From the NCBI GenBank assembly GCA_041391405.1, contig JAWKOB010000009.1, forward strand, positions 4,167 to 68,166: a DNA stretch of 64,000 bases. The letters are read 5' to 3'. Made by a program: the position numbers and the translations under genes. The notes beneath the pieces were generated by a model that was not told the origin of the DNA, made no database searches, and saw nothing but the letters and a program-made list of their open reading frames with translations. Positions 54,143-64,000 of the stretch are shown here, in pieces. This DNA is from Bdellovibrionota bacterium. GTDB taxonomy: Bacteria > Bdellovibrionota_G > JALEGL01 > JAGRMV01. Each line of letters begins with the position of its first letter. Position 1 is the first letter of the stretch.

Positions 54143-54243
54143 GGTGGGGCTCGGTTAAAGAATCGGTAATATAATCTGACATTTAGTGGTTTTTCAAGGA
54201 TGTTTTTTATTTTATTTTCAAAAGGATCTTGTACAATTGTTTG

Positions 54244-54504
54244 ATGATCAAGAATCCTGAAATGGCCAAACGGTTGGCTCGGGCCATCGCCTCGGATCTA
54301 TCCCTGTACAATCAGGAGAAAATTCAGAAGGGAATTCAACAGGATAATCTCTTTGAACTGCTCAAAGAGGAAATCGAAGAGGGTCGCGCACACTACAATA
54401 CCAAGGTCGACCCTGAACTAAGATCCACGACCAATTTCTTTGATTTGGCCATTGTCGATGTGGTTTTGAAGAGAAATTCCCATATTACTTCAAGGATTTG
54501 GTAG
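54244..54504 (+). CDS. Hypothetical small protein
   Basis: MIKNPEMAKRLARAIASDLSLYNQEKI... Intact. The ORF-track start at 54229 is TTG. No family recognised. Confidence 0.4.
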   Translation: MIKNPEMAKRLARAIASDLSLYNQEKIQKGIQQDNLFELLKEEIEEGRAHYNTKVDPELRSTTNFFDLAIVDVVLKRNSHITSRIW

Positions 54505-54545
54505 GAAATGTTCCTTCATATATACTTGTCGTACAGGAGTTTTAA

Positions 54546-55427
54546 ATGATTCGACGCGGCATATATTCACTGGTTTGTTTGTTTTTGTGTTCTTGTGCGT
54601 CCAAACAAATGCATGCATCCATCCAAGCACTGGAAGCTGAAAACAAAACCCTTCGAGGCGATATCGCCAAACTTCAAACCCAGGTGCAAACCTTGACCAA
54701 TGATGTTTTAATTGTTCAGACGCGGGTAGAGCATCAACCGTCACTCCCTGTAATTCGTCCAATTCCCCAAGTGGTCGAGCAAAAACCTGTAGAAGCGCCG
54801 AAAAAAATGTATCGTCAGGAGTCTTTTTTGGGCGACGATATTCATTTCACGGATGAGGAGCCACCTGCACTTTCTTCAGCTGGTACAACCAAATTCACAA
54901 ACAAAGATTTAGGCGCGCCATTGCTTCCCAATACACCCAACAAAACGTTAACCAATTCAAGCTTGCCTGCAAAATCAAAAAGCGGCGCATTCACAGAGCA
55001 AACATTGGTAGCGGACACTTCCAAAAATGAACCTGCAAAAGCATCGGTCGAAGATCCTGCCATTGTTGCTTCCTACAATCGCGCGTACAAAACATTTCAG
55101 GATCAAAACTACAAAGAAACTGTCAGGTTGATGGATGAGTTCTTGAAGCAGTATCCTTCACATAAATATTCCGACAACGCCACGTTTTGGATTGGCGAGA
55201 GCTATTATCAACTCAAGAATTACGAGCAAGCCAACGCGGAATTCGAAAAAGTAATTTCGAAATATCCAAACGGAAACAAAGTGCCGGATGCACTTCTTCG
55301 TTCGGGTATTTGCATGCTCAAACTTTCCAAACCTGAAAAAGCGAAAGTCTCGTTTGATCAGTTGATCAAGAAGTATCCGGAAAGCGTAGCGGCGAAAAAA
55401 GCCAAGGCAACATTGGGAGACATGTAA
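54546..55427 (+). CDS. ybgF: Tol-Pal system protein YbgF/CpoB (TPR lipoprotein)
   Basis: Lipobox-like LFLCSC, a coiled-coil N-terminus (LEAENKTLRGDIAKLQTQVQ), and a C-terminal TPR block YNRAYKTF..YPSHKYSDNATFWIGESYY..KYPNGNKVPDALLRSG typical of YbgF. Confidence 0.8.
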   Translation: MIRRGIYSLVCLFLCSCASKQMHASIQALEAENKTLRGDIAKLQTQVQTLTNDVLIVQTRVEHQPSLPVIRPIPQVVEQKPVEAPKKMYRQESFLGDDIHFTDEEPPALSSAGTTKFTNKDLGAPLLPNTPNKTLTNSSLPAKSKSGAFTEQTLVADTSKNEPAKASVEDPAIVASYNRAYKTFQDQNYKETVRLMDEFLKQYPSHKYSDNATFWIGESYYQLKNYEQANAEFEKVISKYPNGNKVPDALLRSGICMLKLSKPEKAKVSFDQLIKKYPESVAAKKAKATLGDM

Positions 55428-55428
55428 A

Positions 55429-56599
55429 ATGAAAAAATATTCCTGGGTTTTGTTAGCGATGATGACTGGGCTGAGCTTCCACGTGCGTGCTCAAGATGAT
55501 TTTTCAACCTCAGATGCCGGAGAGGAAGAAATGCTTGCTCCGGATGCACCCGAAGCTGAAGATGTGGCTCCTAGGACATTCAATACGGCCGAAAATCAAA
55601 TCTACATGATTCGCCAGGGCGATACGATGTGGGATATTTGCAAAATCACATTGGATAATCCTTGGTATTGGCCGAAGCTTTGGTCGTTGAACCAATATAT
55701 TTTGAATCCGAATCTGATTTATCCAGGCAATCGATTGGTCTTTTCACCGGCTACGGATACGAGTTTCGAAATTTGAAGTCGTGGATGGCGACCAGGACAT
55801 GGTTGAAATCAACAGGAGGAAGAACCAGAAATGACAGTGGCCAAGTCTCAGTCACCTGTGACGGCTGAGCCATCGTTCATCATCGAAGAAACAAAATTGC
55901 GCAAAGGTGAATCGCTTGGCGTGAAGTTGCGTTCGATCTCCTTGGTTTCCCCGAAAGGTATCCGCACGATCGGAAAAATTCCTTACTCCGTTGAACCCAA
56001 ATTGAATTTGATGTTTGGCGATCGCGTTTATTTGAAATTTTATGAAAATACAGATGTAAAAGTCGGCGATAAGTTTCGTGTGATCGAAAAAGTCAAAACT
56101 GTCTACGATCCAGATCGTGAAACTCGTCGTATCGGCCAAATGATCCCAAAAAAGCGACAGTGACCGTGGTTCACATCATTCAGGACAAACGTTGGAGAAG
56201 AAGAGTCGTTGAAGCTGTGATTTCGGACGGAGATTCATCCGTAAAGCGCGATGATGAAATCATTCCATTTGAATCCGATATCAAAACCGTGATTCCTCAC
56301 TTTACGGATAAAGAGATCTACGGAAAATCGTTGAGGCGAGTGCCGAGCAGTTTTTGATCAGCAACAATGATTATGTATTCCTCAACATTGGCACCAAGGA
56401 TGGCTTGCAGCCGGGCTTGCAATTGTACGTGGTCCGTCGTGGTGATGGCATTCTCGAAGAAAGTTCTTCTGGACTTCCGGACGTGCCAATTGCGAGAATT
56501 CTCGTGCTTGAAGCGTTTGAAAAAACCGCAACGGCCTATGTGACCACGCTTGATCGGCCTCTATCACTAGGTGACCGCGTCCGCTCCCAAGTTGAATAG
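55429..56599 (+). pseudogene. LysM domain peptidoglycan-binding protein, frameshifted
   Basis: Signal peptide MKKYSWVLLAMMTGLSFHVRA. LysM: YMIRQGDTMWDICKITLDNPWYWPKLWSLNQYILNPNLIYPGNRLVF. It continues through ORFs 55831-56163, 56160-56357 and 56354-56599. Confidence 0.65.
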
Positions 56600-56645
56600 T
56601 TCGCCAGTCTTACGACTTGGCCCAAAATTTGATTAGCAAGGACGT

Positions 56646-57695
56646 ATGAATGACATTCTTGCGATCGCATTTTCTTTATCTAAAACCTGGAGCTATCGGG
56701 CCAAAAAAGACGGAATCGATAGCGCAGGTTCGTTTCAAAGGTTCGTTGAGTCGTCCATAAATCTCTCCGAAAAGGTCGATTTTCAAACTGCTGAGAGACA
56801 GTTTGAAAAATTGAAAAAGATCAACGGATGGTTATGGATCTACGGGGATGAGAATTATCCTCAAAGTCTGGCTCTGACACCCAATCCGCCTTTGGTGATT
56901 TACGGCGTGGGAAACCCAAAATTAAATGAGGAAATACTTCTGGCTGCGGTTGGAACACGAAGACCAACACCATACGGGAAGCGAATTGCACAAATGCTTT
57001 TCAAGGATTTGGTTCATGAAGGATTGGTGTTGGTGAGCGGGTTGGCTCGAGGAATCGATGCCTTGGCTCATCAGATGTGTGTCGATGCACACCAGCCCAC
57101 GGTAGCCGTAGTGGCGCACGGTTTGGATAAAATCTATCCACCCGAACACAAAAAGCTCAAAGAATCGATCCTGCATTGCGGAGGCACAATGATCTCCGAA
57201 TATCCATTCGGAATTCCTCCACTGGCAGAATACTTTCCACAACGTAATCGAATTATTTCTGGTCTCTGTAAGGGAACATTGGTGATTGAAGCAGGTGAAA
57301 AAAGCGGAACACGATTGACGGTGAATCATGCCGTTGAGCAAGGCCGTGAAGTTTTTGCGGTGCCTGGACCGATCGATTCTGAATATTCGATGTATACCAA
57401 TGAATTGATTTTCAATGGTGCCAATATGGTGCGGACCGTGGAGGATATTCTTTCGTTTTATCCAGAACGAACAGCGCGTGGTCTTGATGAAATGAGAAAA
57501 AACGAGCTTTTCAAACCAACCAAAACTCAGAAAATGATCTTAAGCTTTTTGGATAAAAACATGCCCAAGTCCATTGAGGAATTTCTGTCGGTTACGATGA
57601 TCCAGCCGCATGAGGCCTTGCAAAGCCTTGCTGAGCTTGAAATTCAGGGTAGGGTTGTCAAACAGCTCGATTCGACATATGTACTCGCAGGATGA
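56646..57695 (+). CDS. dprA: DNA-processing protein DprA (Smf)
   Basis: Intact ORF. AAVGTRRPTPYG, SGLARGIDALAHQ and FPQRNRIISGL are typical DprA Rossmann-like core motifs. Confidence 0.9.
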   Translation: MNDILAIAFSLSKTWSYRAKKDGIDSAGSFQRFVESSINLSEKVDFQTAERQFEKLKKINGWLWIYGDENYPQSLALTPNPPLVIYGVGNPKLNEEILLAAVGTRRPTPYGKRIAQMLFKDLVHEGLVLVSGLARGIDALAHQMCVDAHQPTVAVVAHGLDKIYPPEHKKLKESILHCGGTMISEYPFGIPPLAEYFPQRNRIISGLCKGTLVIEAGEKSGTRLTVNHAVEQGREVFAVPGPIDSEYSMYTNELIFNGANMVRTVEDILSFYPERTARGLDEMRKNELFKPTKTQKMILSFLDKNMPKSIEEFLSVTMIQPHEALQSLAELEIQGRVVKQLDSTYVLAG

Positions 57696-59077
57696 AAAAA
57701 CAACCCAAAATCAATGTGGTGGGAGCCGGCATGGCGGGCTCAGAAGCCGCATGGATGATTGCTCGACACGGATTTAAAGTTCATTTGCATGAAATGAAGC
57801 CGCGCCGATTTTCTCCTGCACACAAACTTGAAGGATTCGCAGAGCTGGTGTGTTCAAATTCATTGGGGTCGATGATGGAATATTCAGCGCCTCAATTGCT
57901 CAAAGAAGAAATGCAGAGCCTTGGATCTTTGATTCTGGAAGGTGCTTATCACAGCCAGATTCCTGCTGGAAAAGCGCTGGGTGTGGACCGTGAACTTCTT
58001 TCCCGATTCGTCACGGAAAAACTCGCTTCTCATCCCAATATCGAAATCGTCCGTGAGGAATTCACCAAGATTGATCCAGATGAAATGACCATCGTGGCTA
58101 CAGGCCCATTGACATCCGATGCATTATCCGAGGAACTTGCCCGATACATCGGTAGTGACACGCTTTATTTTTATGATTCGATTTCTCCAATCATCGATGC
58201 GGATTCCATCGATTATTCCAAAACTTTTTTCGGAAGCCGTTATGAAGAAAATCAGGATGATTATCTGAATTGTCCGCTCACCAAAGATCAGTATTTCAAA
58301 TTCGTCGAAGACATCAAAAATGCGGAAAAGGTTCCTGTGCGAGACTTCGAAGAGATGAAATGCTTCGAGGCTTGCATGCCGGTGGAAGTGCTTGTGGACC
58401 GTGGTCCCAAAACGCTCATGTTTGGACCGATGAAGCCGGTTGGACTTTTCAATCCTCATGAGGGGCGCAGGCCGTATGCTGTGGTTCAATTGCGTCGTGA
58501 AAATATGCCGACCACAATGTACAACATGGTTGGATTTCAAACGCGAATGAAGTGGGGCGATCAAAAGCGTGTGTTCCAAACCATTCCTGGATTGGAAAAT
58601 GCCGAATTCATCGGCATGGGATCCATGCATCGAAACACCTACATCGATTCGCCTCGACTGCTGGATAAGGACTTGTTTTTGAAAAACCACCGAAATGTTG
58701 GCCTGGCTGGCCAGCTGACCGGTGTTGAAGGATACGTGGATTCTGCTGCCATGGGGATGATGATCGGTCTTTCGTTGGCCCATCGAGTGTTGGAACTTCC
58801 ATTTGTGCAACCGCCGCTGGAGACCGCTCTGGGTGCGCTGATGAACCATGTCACAACATCAAGGGAAACGGGCAAATTCACGCCCATGAACATCAATTTT
58901 GGACTTTTGCCACAGCTTGAAACTCAAGTTAGAATGGAAAAGAAAGACAAGAAGATCGCGATGGTTCGCCGTGCCAGGGAGCATTTTGTGGCATGGAAAT
59001 CCACGTTGGAATTCTTCTCGGAAAACAGATCCAATGGGCACAAACCAAGAGACATCGAGCATCATTCAAGAGTTTGA
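57692..59077 (+). CDS. trmFO: Methylenetetrahydrofolate--tRNA-(uracil54-C5)-methyltransferase TrmFO
   Basis: Intact 461-aa ORF. VVGAGMAGSEAAW FAD motif, ELVCSNSLGS and GFQTRMKWGDQKRVF. The last ~15 codons overlap the xerC start and may be out of frame. Confidence 0.9.
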   Translation: MKKQPKINVVGAGMAGSEAAWMIARHGFKVHLHEMKPRRFSPAHKLEGFAELVCSNSLGSMMEYSAPQLLKEEMQSLGSLILEGAYHSQIPAGKALGVDRELLSRFVTEKLASHPNIEIVREEFTKIDPDEMTIVATGPLTSDALSEELARYIGSDTLYFYDSISPIIDADSIDYSKTFFGSRYEENQDDYLNCPLTKDQYFKFVEDIKNAEKVPVRDFEEMKCFEACMPVEVLVDRGPKTLMFGPMKPVGLFNPHEGRRPYAVVQLRRENMPTTMYNMVGFQTRMKWGDQKRVFQTIPGLENAEFIGMGSMHRNTYIDSPRLLDKDLFLKNHRNVGLAGQLTGVEGYVDSAAMGMMIGLSLAHRVLELPFVQPPLETALGALMNHVTTSRETGKFTPMNINFGLLPQLETQVRMEKKDKKIAMVRRAREHFVAWKSTLEFFSENRSNGHKPRDIEHHSRV

Positions 59078-59947
59078 AATCTATTTGCGCGACGTTCGTC
59101 GTGTATCAACCCATACTGTAAGAAACTACATTTCCGATCTGATGCAATTTGAAACTTATCTGCAGGAGCAGAGTGGATCAAAGGTCCAATCAACGATGAC
59201 AACTTGGTTGAAATGACATTGATCGCTTGCGCTCGTTCATGTCCGATGCCTATCAAAACGACTTTCCACCCCAACAATGTCACGACGAATGAGTGCGCTC
59301 AAATCCATGTTTGAATGGCTTGAAAAAACAAACGCATCACAAACAATCCGATGCCCATGCTTGAAAGCGTTAAGGTGAGAAAACATCTCCCCAACGTACC
59401 TTCAGAAGAAGATATCTCTCGGTTGCTGGATTTTCTAAAGGAATTGGAGGCGTTGCCACGGGATCAGGTTCTATTCGAACTCATGTATGGATGTGGTTTG
59501 CGGGTGAGCGAAGTGGTCAAGATGGATTGGGCCGATATCAGCACTGAGCAGTACCAGCTGCACGTGAGAGATAGCAAACGCGGAAAATCACGTATCGTTC
59601 CATTTTCGCAAGGTTTGGCCAAACTTCTGTCTGATTACAAGGCGGAATTCAAAATCTCACGCCCAAAACACCGCTATTCCTGAATGCCAAAGGATCTCGC
59701 ATCACCGCGTGGAGTTCAGTATATTTTGGAGAAGCTGCTTCAAAAATTCCCTAAATCGATGCATTTGACACCGCATTCCTTCCGCCACGGATACGCTACG
59801 CATCTTCTCAATCGGGGAGCCGATCTTCGTTCCATTCAGGAACTTTTGGGTCATTCAAATTTGTCAACCACAGAGAGATACACTAAAGTGGGCCTTGCGC
59901 ACCTGAAGGAAGTCTTTGCACGAAGTCATCCAAGGTCCAAATCATGA
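59034..59947 (+). pseudogene. xerC: Tyrosine recombinase XerC/XerD family, frameshifted
   Basis: MGTNQETSSIIQEFEIYLRDVRRVSTHTVRNYISDL is the N-terminal SAM-like domain. ELMYGCGLRVSEV (Arg I). [39 protein letters not shown] (HxxR, catalytic Tyr). At least 3 frame changes. dprA-trmFO-xerC context. Confidence 0.8.
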
Positions 59948-60766
59948 TGGATGAAAATCAAATACCGGTTCTTGGAAGCATGACAGGATTGGAAAAACTC
60001 AATCTAAGCCCTGAGGAGTTTTTGTTCTTTCGCGCATCAACGGTACCGTCACCATCAACCAAATCAATCAAATCGTGGGTTTTCCCATCGAAAAGACGTT
60101 GTCGTTCATGCAAAAGTTTTTGGACAACAACATCATTTCGCTCAAAGGCAGCGAAGTTAAACCCAAACCAGTGGTCAGTGAAACCAAACTGGAGTGCAGA
60201 TTCTGGATCAGGAAGACCAGGATCCGAATCTTCTCAGATCCCAAGAGCGTTTTCGTAGCCGAATCATGTTGCTGGAACAAGATTTGGACAAAATGAATTT
60301 TTCGAAGTGCTCGAGGTTACGCCGAGCGCAGACTCTGGATGAAATTCAAAAAAACTACCTGCGTTTGGTCAAAGAATTCCATCCAGATACGCTGCGTGTG
60401 AAAGAAGCAGGTTCCTATCGAAGGAAGTTGGAGAAAATTTTTGGAAAAGTCCAAGAGGCTTATCAGGAAATTCATCCTGATAATAAACGTGCGACGTATT
60501 TGCATGAATTGATGGAGGGACGTCGTACCAAAAAAGATGGCGATTCCAAATCAAAGAACAAGTATGAATACAAAGTTCCGAAAAAAGACGTGAGCCCAAG
60601 TTTGCGGATGCCGACACCCAATTTGAAATGGGCCGCAAAGAGGAAAAAAGGGAAATCTGCAGGCTGCGATGAACTTTATCAAATGGCTTTGAATCTCAAT
60701 CCCACCCGCAAAGCATTTGAGGATGCTTACCATCGCGTGCGAAAGTTGATGCGTGAAGGCTTTTAG
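59944..60766 (+). pseudogene. J-domain protein (DnaJ-like co-chaperone without Zn-finger), frameshifted
   Basis: The J domain is split over frames: NFFEVLEVTPSA... / DEIQKNYLRLVKEFHPD (HPD motif) ...IFGKVQEAYQEI. The N-terminal ~90 aa are unrelated to DnaJ. ATGA-coupled to xerC. Confidence 0.7.
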
Positions 60767-60833
60767 ACATTGAAAGGTTCTAACTGCTTAAATTCTTTAT
60801 TTTTTCCGTACTTTCAGTTAACTTTTACTGATC

Positions 60834-62618
60834 TTGAGTAAAGTCATCGGCATAGATCTAGGAACCACCAATTCATGCGTAGGATTCACCGAAGGTCGTC
60901 AGACCAACATCATTCTCAATAAGAATGGATATTCCACCACACCGTCGGTGGTCGGGATTTTGGACAACGGTCGTATCGCCGTTGGGCAAATCGCCAAACG
61001 TCAAGCGATCGCCAATCCGATCAATACCATCGTCAGTTCAAAACGTCTGATCGGTCGTCGTATTGAGTCGCAAGAGGTCAAACACGCCAAAGCGTTGTAT
61101 TCCTACGAAATCATCGAAGGTCCGCACCAGGACGTGCGTATTCGTGCACGTGGAAAAGAATTTTCGCTTCCTGAAATTGCATCATTCATTCTTTTGAGAT
61201 GAAACGCGTCGCAGAGGAGTATCTATCCGAACCGGTCACCGATGCGGTGATCACTGTTCCTGCGCATTTCAACGATTCCCAACGTCAGGCCACCAAGGAT
61301 GCCGGCCGCATCGCTGGTCTCAATGTGCTTCGCATCATCAACGAGCCAACGGCCGCAGCGATCGCCTACGGGTTCAACAAGAAAGAACCGCAAAATCGCC
61401 GTGTCTACGATTTGGGTGGTGGTACATTCGATATTTCGGTTTTGGAAATTCAAGATGGTGTGTTCAAAGTGTTGGCCACCGATGGTGATACATTCTTGGG
61501 TGGTGACGATTTCGACAACGCTTTGATCGATTATGTCGCCAGCAAATTCTGGAAACTTCTGACATCGATATTCGCAAAACAAAATCTCTCTCCAACGCTT
61601 GAAAGATGCCTGCGAGCGCGTGAAATGCGATTTGTCTTCTTCCATGAAATGGAAATCAATCTTCCATTCATTGCCACCAAAAACGATGCGCCTTTTGCAT
61701 CTGAATATGACGGTGAACCGCAAAACGCTTGAAGAACTCACGCGTCACCTGATCGATCGTACACTCAAAATCAGCGAAAACTGCCTGAAAAAAGCCGGTC
61801 TCACACGCGAGGATTTGAACGATGTTCTTCTTGTGGGTGGACAAACCTGCATGCCGTTTCTGGGAGATCGTGTATCCAACTTTTTGGACGATCTGCCTCC
61901 AAACAGATCAATCCGGATGAAGCCGTCGCGATCGGTGCTAGCATTCAGGCCAACGCCCTGACTTCCGATACCGAAGTCGAAATGCTTCTTTTGATGTCAC
62001 GCCGCTTCCACTTGGAATCAAATCGGCGGGTGGAACGCTCACGCGTCTGATCGAGGCCAATACAACGGTTCCGGTGATGCGCAAAAATCTTCACCACGGT
62101 CACCAACAAATCAGCCTTCGGTTCGTGTAAAAGTCTTTCAGGGGTTTTCTCCGGCAGCGGAGGAAAACGAACTGCTTGGAGAATTCGTGCTGGAAGGCAT
62201 TCGATTGGCCAATGCAGGTGAACCTGAAATCGAGGTTTCCTTCCATATCGATGCCAACGGTATCGTGCAGGTATCCGCCAAAGATTTGGATACTGGAAAA
62301 GAGCAAAGCATTCGCGTGACGATGTCCAGTGGCTTGTCAGAGGATGAAATCGAATCGATGAAAAGCAACGCTCAGGCGATGGAAGTCAAGCTCAAGGATG
62401 AAGAAGAGTCCGAAGCGATGGCGCAGAAAAACGAACTTTTGCTGCACAAGATTCGAAAATACTATCTCGACAAAAAAGCAACGCTGGCTCCAGAAGAGAT
62501 CCAAAAAATGGAAACATTCATGGATCACGCCAACGCGGTCATTCAGCAAAAGCAAATCGATGAACTCAAAGATCTTTACGTCAAACTCAACGATTACTTG
62601 AAAAACCTCAAAGTCTGA
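60834..62618 (+). pseudogene. Hsp70-family chaperone (DnaK paralog, HscA/HscC-like), multiply frameshifted
   Basis: [53 protein letters not shown] and [15 protein letters not shown]. The substrate-binding and lid region is in later frames, ending at 62618 (TGATG overlap with the next gene). The N-terminus diverges from canonical DnaK. Confidence 0.85.
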
Positions 62619-63733
62619 TGACGGACACACCGCTTTATTCACACTCCGGCCCCACGATCGTTCCCAAACAAATCCAAGCTGAAATTTCCAAACAGATGAT
62701 CCATCATCGAAGTCAGGAATTTGAGGAGATTTTCGCTTCTCTGCGCAACAATCTGCATTTGATTTCCCAGACTGACGGTGAAAGTGTTGTTCTGACCGGA
62801 AGTGGGACCGCCGCCATGGAAGCGGTGATGGCGTCGATGTTTTCTGAGGGGGATGAGGTTGTCATTGTTGATTCCGGAAAATTCGGTCGCCGATGGGTGG
62901 AAATTTCCAAAAGATACAAACTCAAAACGACTGTCATCGTCAAACCCTGGGGTATGGCGGTGATTCCGGAAGAAATCGCACAAAAACTGACTGCGGATAC
63001 CAAGGCTGTTTTTGTTCAGGCGTGTGAGACTTCCACGGGTGTTTATCATCCGATCGAAAGCATCGGTAAGATGCTCAAGAATCATCCCGATGTTTTGTTT
63101 GTGGTCGATGCAATCACAACCTTTGGTATTTATCCTTTAAGCCAACGCACACACAACATCGATGTGATGATTGCTGCATCTCAAAAGGGGTTGATGTGTC
63201 CACCGGGCTTATCTTTGGTTTGCCTGAGTAAGCGGGCCATCGAGCACCTTCAGGAGACCACGACTTTGTATCTTTCTCTTCAAAACGAATTGAAGTTCCA
63301 AATCCAAAACAAAACCGCATTCACACCAGCAATTTCACTCATTCGTGGAATGGAAAAATCCACATCGATGATTCTGAACGAAGGAATGCAGGATGTGTTC
63401 AAACGTCACGCCAAGCTGCAAACCATGACACGTGGATATTTCAAGGCACTGGGATTTCAGATGCTCGCTTCGGATGAAGACGCTTCGGTGGGCATCACGG
63501 CGATTCATTCCATTCCGGGCTTGGATACTGACAAATGGCTTGAACAACTCAGAAGCGAACATCATCTTTGGTTGGCTTCGGGGCAGGATCAGTTCAAAGG
63601 TAAAATTTTTCGCATGGCACATATGGGCTATTGTGACGAAGAGGACGTGAGAAAAGCGCTTTCGCTTATCGGCCAGTCTTTGAGGAAAACATTAAAGATT
63701 GACCAAGCTACTGATTTTCTTAAGAAAATTTGA
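62618..63733 (+). CDS. Class V PLP-dependent aminotransferase (serine-pyruvate/alanine-glyoxylate type)
   Basis: Intact 371-aa ORF. GPTIVPKQI, LTGSGTAAMEA, and AASQKGLMCPPGLS with the PLP-lysine (SQK) context. Confidence 0.8.
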   Translation: MTDTPLYSHSGPTIVPKQIQAEISKQMIHHRSQEFEEIFASLRNNLHLISQTDGESVVLTGSGTAAMEAVMASMFSEGDEVVIVDSGKFGRRWVEISKRYKLKTTVIVKPWGMAVIPEEIAQKLTADTKAVFVQACETSTGVYHPIESIGKMLKNHPDVLFVVDAITTFGIYPLSQRTHNIDVMIAASQKGLMCPPGLSLVCLSKRAIEHLQETTTLYLSLQNELKFQIQNKTAFTPAISLIRGMEKSTSMILNEGMQDVFKRHAKLQTMTRGYFKALGFQMLASDEDASVGITAIHSIPGLDTDKWLEQLRSEHHLWLASGQDQFKGKIFRMAHMGYCDEEDVRKALSLIGQSLRKTLKIDQATDFLKKI

Positions 63734-63797
63734 TTTTTCAATCGGCATTGGTACGAATTTCATTTAAATTTCAATAACATGCCGACTTGTGTTATGA

Positions 63798-64000
<203 letters not shown>

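Overview
Gene-dense chromosomal segment of a Gram-negative bacterium, shown by Tol-Pal YbgF, porin-like OMPs, lipoproteins and a type IV pilin-like gene. The gene content loosely recalls Bdellovibrio-like or deltaproteobacterial lineages, but that is only a guess. I call 64 protein-coding loci, one tRNA-Ala(GGC), several terminators and promoters, and two small repeat elements.

Content is mostly housekeeping:
- polA, lepA, recG, ettA, accD, coaE, purA
- pyrB-pyrC-carA-(orf)-carB
- prfA-prmC-murA
- dprA-trmFO-xerC
- a J-protein plus an Hsp70 paralog

Other content includes Mg2+ channels (corA, mgtE), a POT peptide transporter, a purine permease, ndh and gst. It also includes a PilZ plus degenerate-GGDEF/EAL pair, squalene-hopene cyclase, and a PepSY/OmpR-type/HisKA two-component operon.

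Key caveat: 34 of the 64 loci cannot be read in a single frame. I see only indel-type frame changes and noticed no obvious nonsense substitutions. The affected loci include single-copy essential genes. Several breaks sit in homopolymers where one base more or less restores a canonical protein, so I suspect assembly indel errors rather than real decay. Such loci are typed pseudogene because the frame is broken as given.

I saw no rRNA, CRISPR array, transposase, integrase, phage gene or recognisable defence gene, and I did not find a convincing novel multi-gene system. The best leads are:
- a self-consistent mini-regulon around the two-component system, with three 11-bp-phased direct-repeat boxes and a duplicated 23-nt leader
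- a secreted trypsin-fold protein with all three catalytic residues replaced
- a 23-bp duplication of the tRNA-Ala 3' end (att-like scar)
- a 154-bp element with perfect 21-bp terminal inverted repeats
- two long structured leaders, upstream of mgtE and of a His-rich OMP
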